From Torpedo marmorata (taxonomy: Eukaryota), in the NCBI GenBank assembly GCA_977017645.1, contig OZ360241.1, positions 73,594,001 to 73,658,000 on the forward strand: DNA of 64,000 nucleotides. The letters run 5' to 3'. How positions within the stretch are numbered: the first letter of the stretch is position 1; each line of letters opens with the position of its first letter. A model generated the notes under the pieces. It did not search any database and had not been told where the DNA came from. It saw only the letters and a program-made list of their open reading frames with translations. Made by a program: the position numbers and the translations under genes. Of the stretch, positions 1 through 11,612 are shown in pieces.

Positions 1-267
1 CAACCCTCCCTCCTCACAACTACCTCAGACGCTCCCAAACCCCCGATTGAGCCCATTGCAGAAATGAAACCAAAGCGAGGAAAGAAGGAGAAACAACATT
101 AAACCCAACTGCACATCAATTCCCATTTGATCTGGATAAACATGCAGCTTCAATGATTGAACTATTAAGTGACCAGAGATTTAATAGATCTCCAAAATGT
201 GATGGATTCTTTTGTGAAAATAAGTTAGTGGGAAGCCACTTGACAGGCAACAGTCTATTGTGATAAG

Positions 268-385
268 TAAAAACACAAAGCTGGAGAAACTCAGCAGGTC
301 AAGCAGTGTCCTTTATGTAGCAAAGGTAAAAATACATAACCAACATTTCGGGCTTGAGGCCTTCATCAAGATATGGAAAAATGTT
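268..385 (-). mobile_element. Penelope-like element terminal (pseudo-LTR) fragment with hammerhead-like motif
   Basis: Matches the copies at 6447-6590 and 56887-57030; minus strand reads cTTGATGAaggcctcaagcccGAAAtgttggttatg. Confidence 0.65.
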
Positions 386-1764
386 GGAGTTAGCCTCACA
401 GCTGCAATGTATTGCTTCACATTAGTCTCCTTTACCTATGCCAGTCAGCTATCAGTCATTCAGGTTAATTAGCTACTGTTATTATCAATTAAATAAGTGC
501 TTGTAACTAATGCATTAAGTGCTTGTAACTAATACATAAAGTGCTGTTGTTTTCTTGCCAAGACACGATCAAGGTCAATTATCTAGCCTGTCCTCAAATT
601 TTCAAAACCTTTATTATCATTCATACAGCAGCTTAATCATAGAATTCAGATTAAAGTGATATGAATTATTGTAGTTGATCTGGCTAAATTCAGAATGATG
701 TCATTAAAAGATCTTCAGGGCTTGCTCGGTTACACTGATGCAATAAGGAGTGGGATTCCTAACATCTTTTTGGAAAGTGGAAGATGCCAACACAGATGTG
801 TGTACTGAGAGAGCAAGTGGAATCTAATAGATCTCTTTCTGAAGCAAATAATTTGGTTGGTTGATAGGTTATTATGTGGACTGTTGGACTAAGTAGGTGC
901 CCTGATGCACGTTTTTCAAATGAATTAGCTTACAAATTAGCTTCATAAATCCTTCCCATCGATGAGCTTGCGACTCCGCCATGCTGTAACAGGAGGAGGA
1001 ATGATCTCTCACAGGGAAACAGGTGCACACATTGCGTGTTGAGTGATGACCACTGCAGGAAAGGTTTGTGCGTGGACCTGCGCTCATGTTCCCTCACCAA
1101 AGGCTGTGTTGCCCAGACAGGTGAGAGTTGGGGAGGTAGGAACTTGTTTTTATCTCTGATTGTACCAACCCTAACACCACACCTCATCACATTGCTCTTC
1201 CTATCAGTGCATTCACTCCACTGATAATCAGGCTCCCATTATCGATAACTGCTTGTTTCAGAAATATGGCAGAAGTTGAGCACTGGGTTTTGAGATGCAA
1301 GAATGAATTTGAAAGCCATTACCAGTGCATGTAATACTGACAACTTGTTGAGAGCAGTGCATGAGTATCATTCAGACTTAACTCCATGAATCATACAGAT
1401 TGTATACTGGTGATTTAGTTTACGTTGACCCACCTTAATGTACGATGTCAACATAACTACAGTATTGGTGAGTGGAGTTCTGCATTTAGACTTTTCTAAA
1501 CACCATTAGTTTAGTTATTAATAGCAAAAAGCAGAAGTCAAAATCATAATGTATGTCATAATTATTGGTAGTCCTTCGATTTGAAGAAGACACGTTGTTG
1601 TGCAGTTCATCTGTGGACACGAAGGTGACTCTACGGTCCCAGTCTGGAAGCGCAGAGTCTAGCACAATGGGGGCACTGGAAGTTCGTTATTGTAATAACT
1701 GTGGCTGCTGCTTTGTGACACTTTGTATGTCATAAACTATGGAGGTAAACAAGGAAATCTGTGG

Positions 1765-1900
1765 GTGCTGGGATCTTCAACCAGACGGGATCAATATCGA
1801 TTTTTCCAATTTCCATGAACTCCTCTCCGAGTCTCTCTCTTTCCCTACCTTTCTGTCTCTCTTCCTCCAGCTCCCAACTCCCTTCCCTTTCTCCCTTTCC
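1765..1900 (+). mobile_element. Penelope-like remnant (end of GIY-YIG region plus pyrimidine-rich tract)
   Basis: Encodes 'LQPDGINIDFSNF', similar to 'LQQDGINID' at ~32720, followed by a CT-rich tract. Confidence 0.5.
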
Positions 1901-1904
1901 TGTA

Positions 1905-2665
1905 GAGTTGCCACAGAACATCCCTGATCTTAAATTCAACCCCTCTAACAATGAAAGACTTCTTGATTACCTGTTCCACCTTCAAATCAACTTTTTGCAC
2001 TTCATGCCAAGCACTCCCAGGTCTCTCTGCACAACAGCATACTGCAATCTTTCACCATTTAAAAAATAATTTAACCTAATATTTGTTTCCTTCCAAAGTC
2101 GATGACCTCATAATTACCAACATTGTACTCCATCTGCCAGTCCCTCATGCACTCACTTTACCTATCTATCTCCATCGTACTCCATCTGCCAGTCCCTCAT
2201 GCACTCACTTTACCTATCTATCTCCATTGTACTCCATCTGCCAGTCCCTCATGCACTCACTTTACCTATCTATCTCTATCTTTCTCTACAGACCCTCTGC
2301 ATCTTCTGCACAATTTGATTTTCCACTCAATTTGGTGACATCAGCAAACTTAGATACACTTCACTCTGTCTCCTCTTCCAAACCATTAAAGTATGTCATG
2401 AACAGTTGTGGGTCCAACACCGAACCCTGTGGCACTCTTCTCACCACTGATTAGCAACCAGAAAGACCCCCATTTATCCCAACTTGCTGCTTTCTATTGG
2501 TTAACCAATCCTCTATTCATGCTACTATATTAGCCCCAACTCCATGCATCACCATTTCATGTACAAGTCTTTTAAGCGGCACCTTATCAAACACTTTTTT
2601 GGAAATTCAAGTGTACAACATCTACCTGTTCCCCTCTATCTACCATTCTCATTATATCCTCAAAT
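1905..2665 (-). mobile_element. Degenerate CR1 LINE reverse-transcriptase fragment
   Basis: Minus strand contains gtgccacagggttcggtgttggacc (VPQGSVL) and aagtttgctgatg (KFAD), interrupted by stops and frameshifts. Confidence 0.7.
2121..2276. repeat. 52-bp tandem triplication inside the CR1 fragment
   Basis: Unit cattgtactccatctgccagtccctcatgcactcactttacctatctatctc occurs three times, nearly identical. Confidence 0.9.
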
Positions 2666-2676
2666 ATCCTCATGTT

Positions 2677-3505
2677 GCAGCTATAGAAAACTTTGGTTAG
2701 GCTGTACTTGGCGTATTGTGTGCAATTTTGGTCACCCCATTTTAGGAAGGATGTGGAGGCTATGGAAAGGGTACAGAAGAGAGTTATCAGGATATTGCCT
2801 GGATTAGAGGGTATGAGTTAGAGGGCACGGTTAGAGTAGCTGTTAGTGCAACACTATTACAGCGGCAGTGACCCGGGTTCGAATCCAGCACTGTCAGGAG
2901 TTTGTACGTTCTCCCTGTGTCTGCGTAGGTTTCCTCCCACCCTTCAAAACGTATGGGGATTATAGGTTAATTGGGGTATTTGGGCGGCATGGACTCGTGG
3001 GCCAGAAGGGCCTGTTACCGTGCTGTACATCTAAAAAAAATGTTTTAAAGTAAACTTTTTAAAAATTAATGAGCGATGGGGAGAGGTTGGACCAACTTGG
3101 GTTGTCTGCTCTGGAGCATCAGAGGCCGAGGGGTGAACTGATAGTTTTTTTAAAATTATGAGAGGCATAGATAGGGTAGAGAATCTTTCTCCTAGGGTAA
3201 AAATGTCACTTACTAGAATATATGCATTAAAGGTAGGGTGGGGGGGGGAGGAGAAGTTTAACAGAGATGTGCAGGACAATCTGTCTATTTATTTATTTAT
3301 TGATTTTCACAAACAGCAAGTGGTGGGTGCCGGGAATGGACTGCCAGGAGTAGCAGGGAAGCAGATACATGGTAGCAATTAAGACGCTACTAGATCGACC
3401 CATGAATATGCAGGGGATAGAGGGATAGCAGCAGAGTTTTAGTTTAACTTAGGCATCATGTTTGGTGCAGAAACATGGGGTGAAGCACCTGCTCCCGTGC
3501 TCTAC
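2677..3505 (+). mobile_element. CR1 LINE 3' fragment interrupted by a SINE
   Basis: tattgtgtgcaattttggtcacccc (YCVQFWSP) and later gaggggtgaactgatag...attatgagaggcatagatagggtaga resemble the CR1 at 45480-45700; SINE inserted at ~2823-3045. Confidence 0.7.
2823..3045 (+). mobile_element. tRNA-derived SINE (HE1/V-SINE-like)
   Basis: 5' gggcacggttag..., B-box GGTTCGAATCC at 2876-2886, V-domain-like ggagtttgtacgttctccc, CR1-like 3' end ggccagaagggcctgttaccgtgctgta and A-rich tail. Confidence 0.85.
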
Positions 3506-5139
3506 ATAGTAGTGACAGGCTTTAATTGTGAAAGTCCAGAAAAAAAAAACCATTGGTGTTTTACTCTCGGCTCACAGTAGAGATGGAAAGTTGTTCAAAA
3601 TAATAAGGGACAAACCTCGTTCCATTAACAATGAGTAACTAAGGGGCATGCATTTAAGATCCTCGGCAAAGGAATAAGGGTCTTTTTTTTTTTTAGAAAC
3701 ATAGCGTTATTAGGATGTTGTTGGCTCTTGAAAAATCCAGAACAGCTTTCAACAGGAAATGTCTGAAAAATATGGTGGCAGGGTGTAGGAGAGGTTAGGC
3801 TATTGCACTGGACACCTCTGTCCATAGTTGTTAATGTTAATTATAACATCCAGTACTCCGACAATGGAAGACAGCTTTATACCCAGGCCGGCCACAGAGG
3901 GGACATTGAGCTCTTCAAGAGTCCTTAAAAGGCTATGCTCCTTGAAACTACTTATTCAAAATGTTAGTCAATCATAGTACTTGGCAAGGTCTTTAGTGCT
4001 CACAATTTACATTAGACTGGCAAGTACTAAAGTGGTCTGACTTTCCAATGGGCAGCCTGTCAATAAAATAATTAGGCAGCTGCAGTGTTGATATGAAGTC
4101 ACTGCAGGAGATTGGATTTGTTTTATTGCTCCATGAACTTCCAGATTCAAGGGCAGGTTCTTTCCTGCTGTTATCAGACCCTTAAATAGATCTCACTGAT
4201 ACAAGATGATGCCCTTGCACTGTTTTTGGCTGTACTTTTCTCTATTCCCTGCACTTTGTTTTTGTAACACCATATCCTGCAGTATTTGAATTATTGTACT
4301 TTTTTAAAAAATGTATTTTCTTGTTTGACACCTGGATAGCATACAAAATAAAGCTTTTTACCTTATCTTGGTACATGTGATTATAAACAATTCATTTTAA
4401 ATCTTCTTTCTTTCAGCAGCCTCTGCTCTCCTGGATGATGCATCAGGCTGAGGAAATGGATGCACAGCTAATAGAGACCCTCCAGTCATTCAACTAATCT
4501 ACCCACTTTACACTTGAGGCTCAACAGCAATTACCAGGAGGGTAAAGAAGCGTCAAGTCTGAAGCTCTCAGGCTTCCTCCATGTGAGGGACAGTGAGCAG
4601 GAGTAGGAACTATTTCTTCCTTCAATAAAAGACAGGCAGAGCAGAGATGCTCTGTTAACTGCTGCTGTCAAACACTGAGGAGGTATTGGACATCATAATT
4701 ACCATCAGCAACCTTAGGCAGAGGTTGTCCATCACAATACATTAACCTTGAGCACAATAAATTGTTGAGAATTGGATTTCAAAGTCTGAATGATACCAAG
4801 AAAACGAGACTGGGCAAATTTGCTATTATAATTGATGTGAGATGGTTTTGCAAATCACCATTGACTCTTAAAATATAATACATTAACACTCCAGCAGAAA
4901 TTCACCCTTGCATGTGCCAGGCAGAGAATATAGCTGTGTGTGTATGTTGTACAGGTGCCTAACCTTTTATCCGAAAACCGAAAACCTCCGAAAACCAAAC
5001 AGTTTTTCCAGTATATTTTCAGGTGTTTAGTTTAGTTTGAGCCAGTTAATGTTTGAAGTTTTACTGTATGTTTTACTTAAAAATAAAAAGTACGCTAGTA
5101 ATTTTATGGTCTATCTTTATCTCACTTCATTTACCACCC

Positions 5140-6425
5140 CCCCCGAACACCCCCGTCCAGCGCCGCCACGAACACCCCCGTCCAGCGCTGCCGCGAACAC
5201 CCCCGTCCAGCGCCGCCATAAACGCCGCCGCGAACACCCTCGTCCAGCGCCGCCGCGAACACCCCCGTGCAGCCCCGCCGCGAACACTCCCATCCAACAC
5301 CGCCGTGAATGTCGTGATTTGATAGAGGTATTTAAATTATGAAGGGGAAAGATAGAGTCAATGTGGACAGGCTTTTTCCATTGAGAGAGGGGAAGATTCA
5401 AACAAGAGCGCATGGATTGAGATTGAAGGGGGAAAAGTTTTGTGGAAACATGAGGGGGAATTTCTTCACTCAGAGGGTGGTATGAGGGTGGAACGAGCTT
5501 CCGGCCGAAGTGGTAGATGCAGGTTCAATTTTAATGTTTAAGGAAAAGTTGGATAGGTATATGGACGAGAGAGGTGTGGAGGGTTATGGGCCGGGTGCGG
5601 GTCAGTGGGACTAGGTGGGAGAATGTGTTTGGCATGGACTAGAAGGGCCGAACTGGCCTGTTTCTGTGCTGTAAATGTTATATGGTTATATGGTCGCGAG
5701 CACCCCCGTCCAGTGCCGCCGCAAACACCCCCGTGCAGCCGCGCCGCGAAAACCCCGTCCAGTGCCGCCGCGAACACCCCCATTCCGCGCCGCCGCGAAC
5801 ACCCCCGTCCAGCGCCGCCGCGAACACCCCCGTGCAGCCGCGCCACGAAAACCCCGTCCAGCGCCGCCGCGAACACCCCCGCCCAGCGCCGCCGCGAACA
5901 CACCTGTCCAGCCCCGTCGCGAACACCCCCGTCCAGCGCCGCCGCGAACACCCCCGTCCAGCGCCGCCGCGAACACACCTGTCCAGTGCCGCCGCGAACA
6001 CCCCCGTCCAGCGCCGCCGCGAACACACCTGTCCAGTGCCGCCGCGAACACCCCCGTCCAGCGCCGCCGCGAACACACCTGTCCAGCGCCGCCGCGAACA
6101 CCCCCGTCCAGCGCCGCCGCGAACACCCCCGTCCAGCGCCACCGTGAACACCCCCGTGCAGCCGCGCCACGAAAACCCCGTCCAGCGCCGCCGCGAACAC
6201 ACCTGTCCAGCCCCGTCGCGAACACCTCCGTCCAGCGCCGCCGCGAACACCCCCGTCCAGCGCCGCCGCGAACACCCCCGTCCAGCGCCGCCGCGAACAC
6301 CCCCGTCCAGCGCCGCCGCGATCACCCCCGTCCAGCGCCGCCGTGAACACCCCCGCCCAGCGCCGCTGCGAACATCCCCGTCCAGCACCGCTGCAACCCC
6401 CCACCATCCAACGCCGCCGTCCAGA
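5140..6425. repeat. GC/CpG-rich 25-bp minisatellite (gaacacccccgtccagcgccgccgc)n, split by a CR1 insertion
   Basis: Directly visible; the 25-aa periodicity of the overlapping ORFs equals three 25-nt units; variant units cacacctg, gtgcagccgcgcc and gaaaacccc recur. Confidence 0.95.
5314..5694 (+). mobile_element. Young 5'-truncated CR1 LINE 3' end
   Basis: Near-identical to 45648-46030; ends in a (TATATGGT)-type tail; gtcg lies at both junctions (5311-5314, 5693-5696). Confidence 0.9.
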
Positions 6426-6446
6426 AACCCTTCTAGTTGGAGTGTG

Positions 6447-6592
6447 TAAAACACGAAAATCTGTAGACACGGTGGTTGAAGTAAAAAACACAAAAGCTGG
6501 AGAAACTCAGCAGGTCAAACAGTGTCTTTTATGTAGCAAAGGTAGAAATACATAACCGACGTTTCGGGCTTGAGCCCTTCATCAAAGTATCT
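6447..6592 (-). mobile_element. Penelope-like terminal fragment with hammerhead-like motif
   Basis: Almost identical to 56887-57030; minus strand actTTGATGAagggctcaagcccGAAAcgtcggttatg. Confidence 0.75.
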
Positions 6593-7369
6593 TTGTTTTG
6601 CGCGAATCTGAAGCAACGCAATTATTTAAAAGTACCGCCATTAAAATAACTCTATTATCCGAAAAAATCCGAATTCCGAAAAGTGTCCGGTCCCAAGGTT
6701 TTCAGATAAAAGGTTAGGCACCTGTACTCTGTTTGTGAAATTGAGGTATTGAGGTCCATGGACGTGAATGGATTGGAGTAACGTGTGCACACTGCACTAC
6801 ATTGCAGGTGACCAATCTCTATCCAAACCCTCCCTTGATCTAGTGGAAAGTCGCATTCACTAATTTGTCTTAACAGAATGGTGTACTTCAATAGTTCAAA
6901 TTAATTTTCAATACTCTCCTTGGGAATTCCAGACTAGGGTTTAATGAAGGTTTCACGAGGAAGCAAGGCCTCAAGCGAGGAAAGGTGCACAATTCAGATT
7001 TAGAAGCATGAACCAGTTAGAGTGTTCAGCGTGCCCTAACAAAGGAGAAGACGAGTGATTAATGTGTTGAACAGAAGATTTGGGTAATTATCTGGAGAAA
7101 GTTTTGATGGACAACTTTATGAAAGATGATAATATTCCTCAGAAACACAGTAGTGGACTGTAACACTATTTTCTAGCCCTCTACATAGCCAAGTCTCAGT
7201 GATTTTGTTGCTTCGGCTACATCCTGAAGACAACACCTGAAGTACAGTATGAAGTATAGTGCAAAGCTGTTCAATTTTGACCAATAGTCTCTTCTCCCAC
7301 CTCACTATCACCCTGGGCTCCGTACACATGGACACACACCACCGCCCTTCCCCCCAAACACACCCCCCC

Positions 7370-7400
7370 CACACACACACACACACACACACCACACACA
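7370..7400. repeat. (CA)n microsatellite
   Basis: Direct observation. Confidence 0.9.
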
Positions 7401-7922
7401 AAATTGACAGTCATAGAGAGATACAGCATGGAAATAGGCCCTTTGGCTCACTAAATCTGTGCTGACCATCAACCACCCAATTTACATTAATCCCTTCAGT
7501 TCTCCTCCCCACGTTCTCATCAACTCCACATTCTCTCAACTCAAGAAAATTAAGAAAAATAATAAAATAATCCCAATTTGTGCAAAGCTCAACAGTTTTA
7601 TTGTACTTATCTTTGGGCAATTTGAAAGACATGGCAACCTCTCAGCATCTGCCACTGTGTTTACCATTTCATCATCCAACACTGTATTCACTTACCTTTC
7701 ACAATTCACTGCACAAACCCTGTCTCGAGATCCTTCGATATAACATAATCCACAGTCGTAGTCTCCTATCCCCATCCCAATTCCCACACACAAAGCAGTC
7801 TTATCAGGTATAGATTATTTAGAGTAATTATGTGCCTAGTAGGCCCAAAACCATTGTTAAGCCTCATTAAAGTGCAGCAGGAACACCGCCTTGTCATAGC
7901 ATGTTTTAGCGTGACCCAGCAA

Positions 7923-7956
7923 CATGCAGTGTGACTTTACATTCTCCCAGCATGCA
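7923..7956 (-). promoter_or_regulatory. Two UGCAUG (Rbfox-type) motifs downstream of microexon meB
   Basis: Plus-strand catgca at 7923-7928 and 7951-7956 reads TGCATG on the transcribed strand, ~215-250 nt after the meB donor. Function is inferred. Confidence 0.5.
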
Positions 7957-8170
7957 CCAGGCAACAGCGTACAAGCGCCAAGGTATCATCGCTACAAGGC
8001 ACAGCACATTACCAAATCGAGTGGGGAAAAACTTTGGGATGCAAAAACGGGAGACCCACAGACTAGTGCAAATTAACTGAACTGTGCTGTGGGGTTTAGT
8101 TTTTTTTAATTCAAAAGATTATTCATAGGTAATGTGGGTTAAAAAAAGTAAAAAAGAAAAACACACCAAC

Positions 8171-8182
8171 CTTCTCGTAGCT
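8171..8182 (-). CDS. PTPRS: LAR-RPTP mini-exon B (12 nt, ELRE), Ig2-Ig3 linker
   Basis: Minus strand ...ccccctacatccctcag|AGCTACGAGAAG|gttggtgtg; with the phase-1 G from the 111-nt exon it reads GAG CTA CGA GAA = ELRE, the known meB peptide, in the expected exon order. Confidence 0.93.
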
Positions 8183-10469
8183 CTGAGGGATGTAGGGGGT
8201 TTGATGCAGAACACAATGACATGGGGAGAAGAGAAATAGGGGAAACACAGAGAGAGTAAAAAGGCCTCTTCAAGGCTTTTAGCTGCAATATCTACTCTCA
8301 CTAACGACCTTTGACCTTTCCACCTTGACCTTCAAGAATCAAATTTTTTGAGTGACATCTCAATAGTTCTTTTGAGGGAACTGACTTTTAACTCAAACAA
8401 TTCCATTGACAAATCAAATTAAAAAGTAAATAAAAACTAACACAAGACTTATTATATCACGACTCATAACTTAACATTTATTCCCTTCCATCTCTTTCAC
8501 CTCTTTCTCTAGTCTTTGGCAATTTGACGGGAATTTCCTCGGATTGCCATGAAGCATTTTGGTTATGTTCCCTGTAGCTCAACCTTTGGGCCCGCCGGAG
8601 AAGCCTTTGTAAGAAGTGAAAGAGATGCGGGCATTTCGTTCCCATTTGTCCCGCGCAAGAGCAATTGACTCCAGCTCTCGACCTCCGCGCCAAGCCCGTG
8701 TGGAGCCTGCAGCCCTCTGGACAAGGCCCCACGCCACAAATCGACCCCACACTTGGCGCTGGAGGAAATGAGTCTGCTCTTTCCGGCCATACATCCTTCA
8801 AAACACAGCAGAACCCTGTACGTCACAGACTTGGGAGGAAGACGGAGAGGGATTCAATACTCATCCCCCTTACATCTTTATGTTCAAAATGGAAAATTTC
8901 AGGAAAGAAAATCATTTGGGTTATCTTCAATACGTCACCAAAGACCTTTCATCGCTCCTTCAAATTGCTCTATATTTCTTTCCCAATATTAAAAATTGTC
9001 TAAATGGCACTCATTTAAAGCAGTTTTTTTTCCAAATCACATGTTACCTTTCCTTCTAGTCAATTTCGTCCATGACCTTCAAACCCTCTTCGGGAGGTTG
9101 AAGAGGCTGTCAAGCAACAACCCCAAAGCTATGGTCAAATCGTTAACTACGTGAACCCCTGAAGACAGAGCTCAGGCTGTCGATAGTTTGCATGCATTTG
9201 AGACATAAAAACAATTCTAACAAATTACTTCCTTACATCATGCGTGTACTTTACATGTAAAGCAGGCAAGGGGGATAATACTTCAACAATCTGCACTCCA
9301 GTTAATTGACAAGTCGATGGAGTAAATGCATAACTATCAACTGGGAATGCTGTTCTACCTACACCTTGGCCATTATGTTAATATGCTGCATTAATATTTC
9401 CCCTTTGTGTTGTCATTTCATCATTTTCAAATTATTAGTTGTTACAGTGCAGTGACAGCAAGGCCTACAGCTGGTCTGCACTGCTCGAGGAATTGAGAAT
9501 AGATTGAAAGAATGTGGGCATGAAGACAAAACTCAGAGATTACAAGGCCTCAACTGAGAGAGACAGTGGATAAGAACAGAGGCATGATTAATCTTTTTTT
9601 AGTCAAAAGATCTGTAGTCTGTCAAAATCATTGAGAGTTATCAATGTCCAGTGCACTGATCTTCACTTTCAAAACCACTGATCATTGACGAAGGCAAACA
9701 TGGGCTGGAAGATTGCACCAGCTTTCACTCTTCCCTTTGGCTGCCACACTTCCATCAATCTTCCCAAAACTTCCAAGCCTCCATCTAATGTAAATTGTCC
9801 TGTCAAGTTTGGCTGCATCCTGGAGGATTGGCCTGCACCCAAGATCTCCCTTGTTTAAACATCGAGACGGAAAATGGCTATGGGGCAGGATGGAGTATTT
9901 GATTCTTGAAATGAAAGGTCAAACATGGGCAGAATAGGCTGAAGCTGTGCAATTCCATGTTTCTATCATATAATGTTCTTCCCCGCCCATTGAATATCAA
10001 GGTTTTGACTTGCTGAGAGGTGTTGCTTTAACTCAGCTTTATGGTCTATACAAGTTTCCAATAAAACAAAGGTGAATAAGTTCTCAGAAAATGCAGGACC
10101 TATGAAATTACATCAGTTTGATAGACTGGCTTAGTTAGAGCAAAGTAAAAGTCGTCTCACTTTCAAAATACTTGCTGCCGTTCTATTAAAATTGAACTTT
10201 GCCAGTCTCGAATTTACAGTTGGCAGAATAAGCTGAGTGTGCACTTGAAAGGAATCCCAAGTGGTTAAGATTGATGGGGCTTATTTCGGATGATTCTCTG
10301 CACTGCTAGAGCTAAAGTGTTAAGGGATCCAGTCACTACGTTATGAAGCGAAGGAACTGTGATATGGAAGCACAAAAACATGTGGATGCCAGGATCCAGA
10401 GCAAAAAAATCAAACTGCTGGAAGAACGGTCCATGGAGAGGAGATGACCCTTGGGACGGTGACCATGGC

Positions 10470-10942
10470 AGTGAGGGTCTCTGAGGCTGAAGAACACACA
10501 GGTGGTGGGCTGTTGGCGACTCAAGGCGAGGAACCCATGCAGGCTGTGGGCTGTTGGCAACTGTGGTCGAGGGATTCACACCGGGCTGCGGACTGCTGGA
10601 GACTGGCTCAAGACTGGCTGAAGGGGATCCAAGTATTGGAACTGGGATGCGGGAGGGTGCGCTGAAGGATTTCTGATCGTGTTGGAGTTTGGATCTGGAG
10701 CTCGGGCTGCTGATGGTTTGGACTGGACTCTGTGTGGCTACCGGGGCTGCGGGAGCGCTGGAGGCGAATCCACAGATACTCGGTGACTCTGAGGGGCTCT
10801 CTTTTGCTTCTCTTTCTCTGACTGTAAAAGGCGCTTCAGGCAATTTCTGCCGATGGCGAATCTGTCTGCCTTACAGCAGATGAAAACAAATTTTGTGCAA
10901 TATTCCACTGTCTTCATTACCTGACAGTAAATTGAATCTTGA
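10470..10942 (+). mobile_element. Unclassified non-autonomous retroposon (GC-rich body, LINE-type 3' tail)
   Basis: Collinear with 14715-15160; ends in gacagtaaattgaatcttgaa. Confidence 0.65.
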
Positions 10943-11112
10943 AACTCAGCAGGTCAGGCAGCATCTGTGGAGGGAAATGGTCAGTTGACACTCTGCATCA
11001 AAGTCCTGCTTTGGGACTTGAAGCAGGGTTCCGACCCGAAACATCGACTGTCACTTTTCCACCACAGATGCTGACGGACCCACAATATTCCTCGAGCAGT
11101 TTGCTTTTTATC
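10942..11112. mobile_element. Penelope-derived head-to-head terminal fragment
   Basis: aaactcagcaggtcaggcagcatctgtgg is mirrored by ccacagatgctg...; contains cttgaagcagggttccgacccGAAAcatcg. Confidence 0.6.
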
Positions 11113-11484
11113 ATGAGGTGGATGTTTTGGATGGTTGTGTTACCTTAAACAGACAAGAATCCTGCACTGTCCAATTCTGAAATTCACCATTGCAGTGTTG
11201 TAGAGAGGAAAGGGGACGAAGTCACAATATGTCCCTGCCTTAATCTCTGGGATTACAGCTGGAACCCTGGGGCAAATGAATGGTAATGCTGGCTTCCTGA
11301 CAACTGTTAAAGAATCCCAAACTCAGATCAAACTCCAACTCAGGTCTTGACTGGACCTGAACAAATGGCAAAAGGCTTCTCAGAATTTGGCATCAACGTG
11401 GGCAGCAGTGAGGTCACAACGTCCATAGGCGGATTGAAATTGCACAGCTTTCCACTCAGGAGTCTCCTTAAGCTGAAGGCCTGA

Positions 11485-11612
11485 AATTTCTGATGAAAGG
11501 TCTTCAACCCGACACGTTAACTCTGTTTCTCTCTCCACGGATGCTACCTGAACTATGGAGCACTTTCTGGCTGTATTTCAGGTTTTCAGCATCTGCAGTT
11601 TCTTGCTTTTGA
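11485..11612 (+). mobile_element. Penelope-like terminal fragment with hammerhead-like motif
   Basis: CTGATGAaaggtcttcaacccGACAcgttaactctgtttctctctccacggatgct...ccagcatctgcag-type ending. Confidence 0.6.

Larger units (their letters stand above)
4952..6724. mobile_element. Non-autonomous Tc1/mariner-superfamily (pogo/Tigger-like) MITE with nested insertions
   Basis: 28-bp terminal inverted repeats caggtgcctaaccttttatc(c/t)gaaaacc at 4952-4979 and 6697-6724 (one mismatch), flanked by TA at 4950-4951 and 6725-6726; no transposase ORF. Confidence 0.9.

Noticed and set aside
2823-2890. tRNA gene suggested by GGTTCGAATCC (also at other SINE heads)
   Set aside because: Each continues into a SINE body and tail and lacks a complete cloverleaf.
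5140-6425. Possible CRISPR array (also 41500-41674 and 58735-58993)
   Set aside because: Units are head-to-tail with no unique spacers, there are no cas genes, and the context is a vertebrate intron.
5538-6493. Long ORFs in all six frames (180-317 aa)
   Set aside because: They result from a stop-poor 25-bp minisatellite; no splice signals or protein family similarity.
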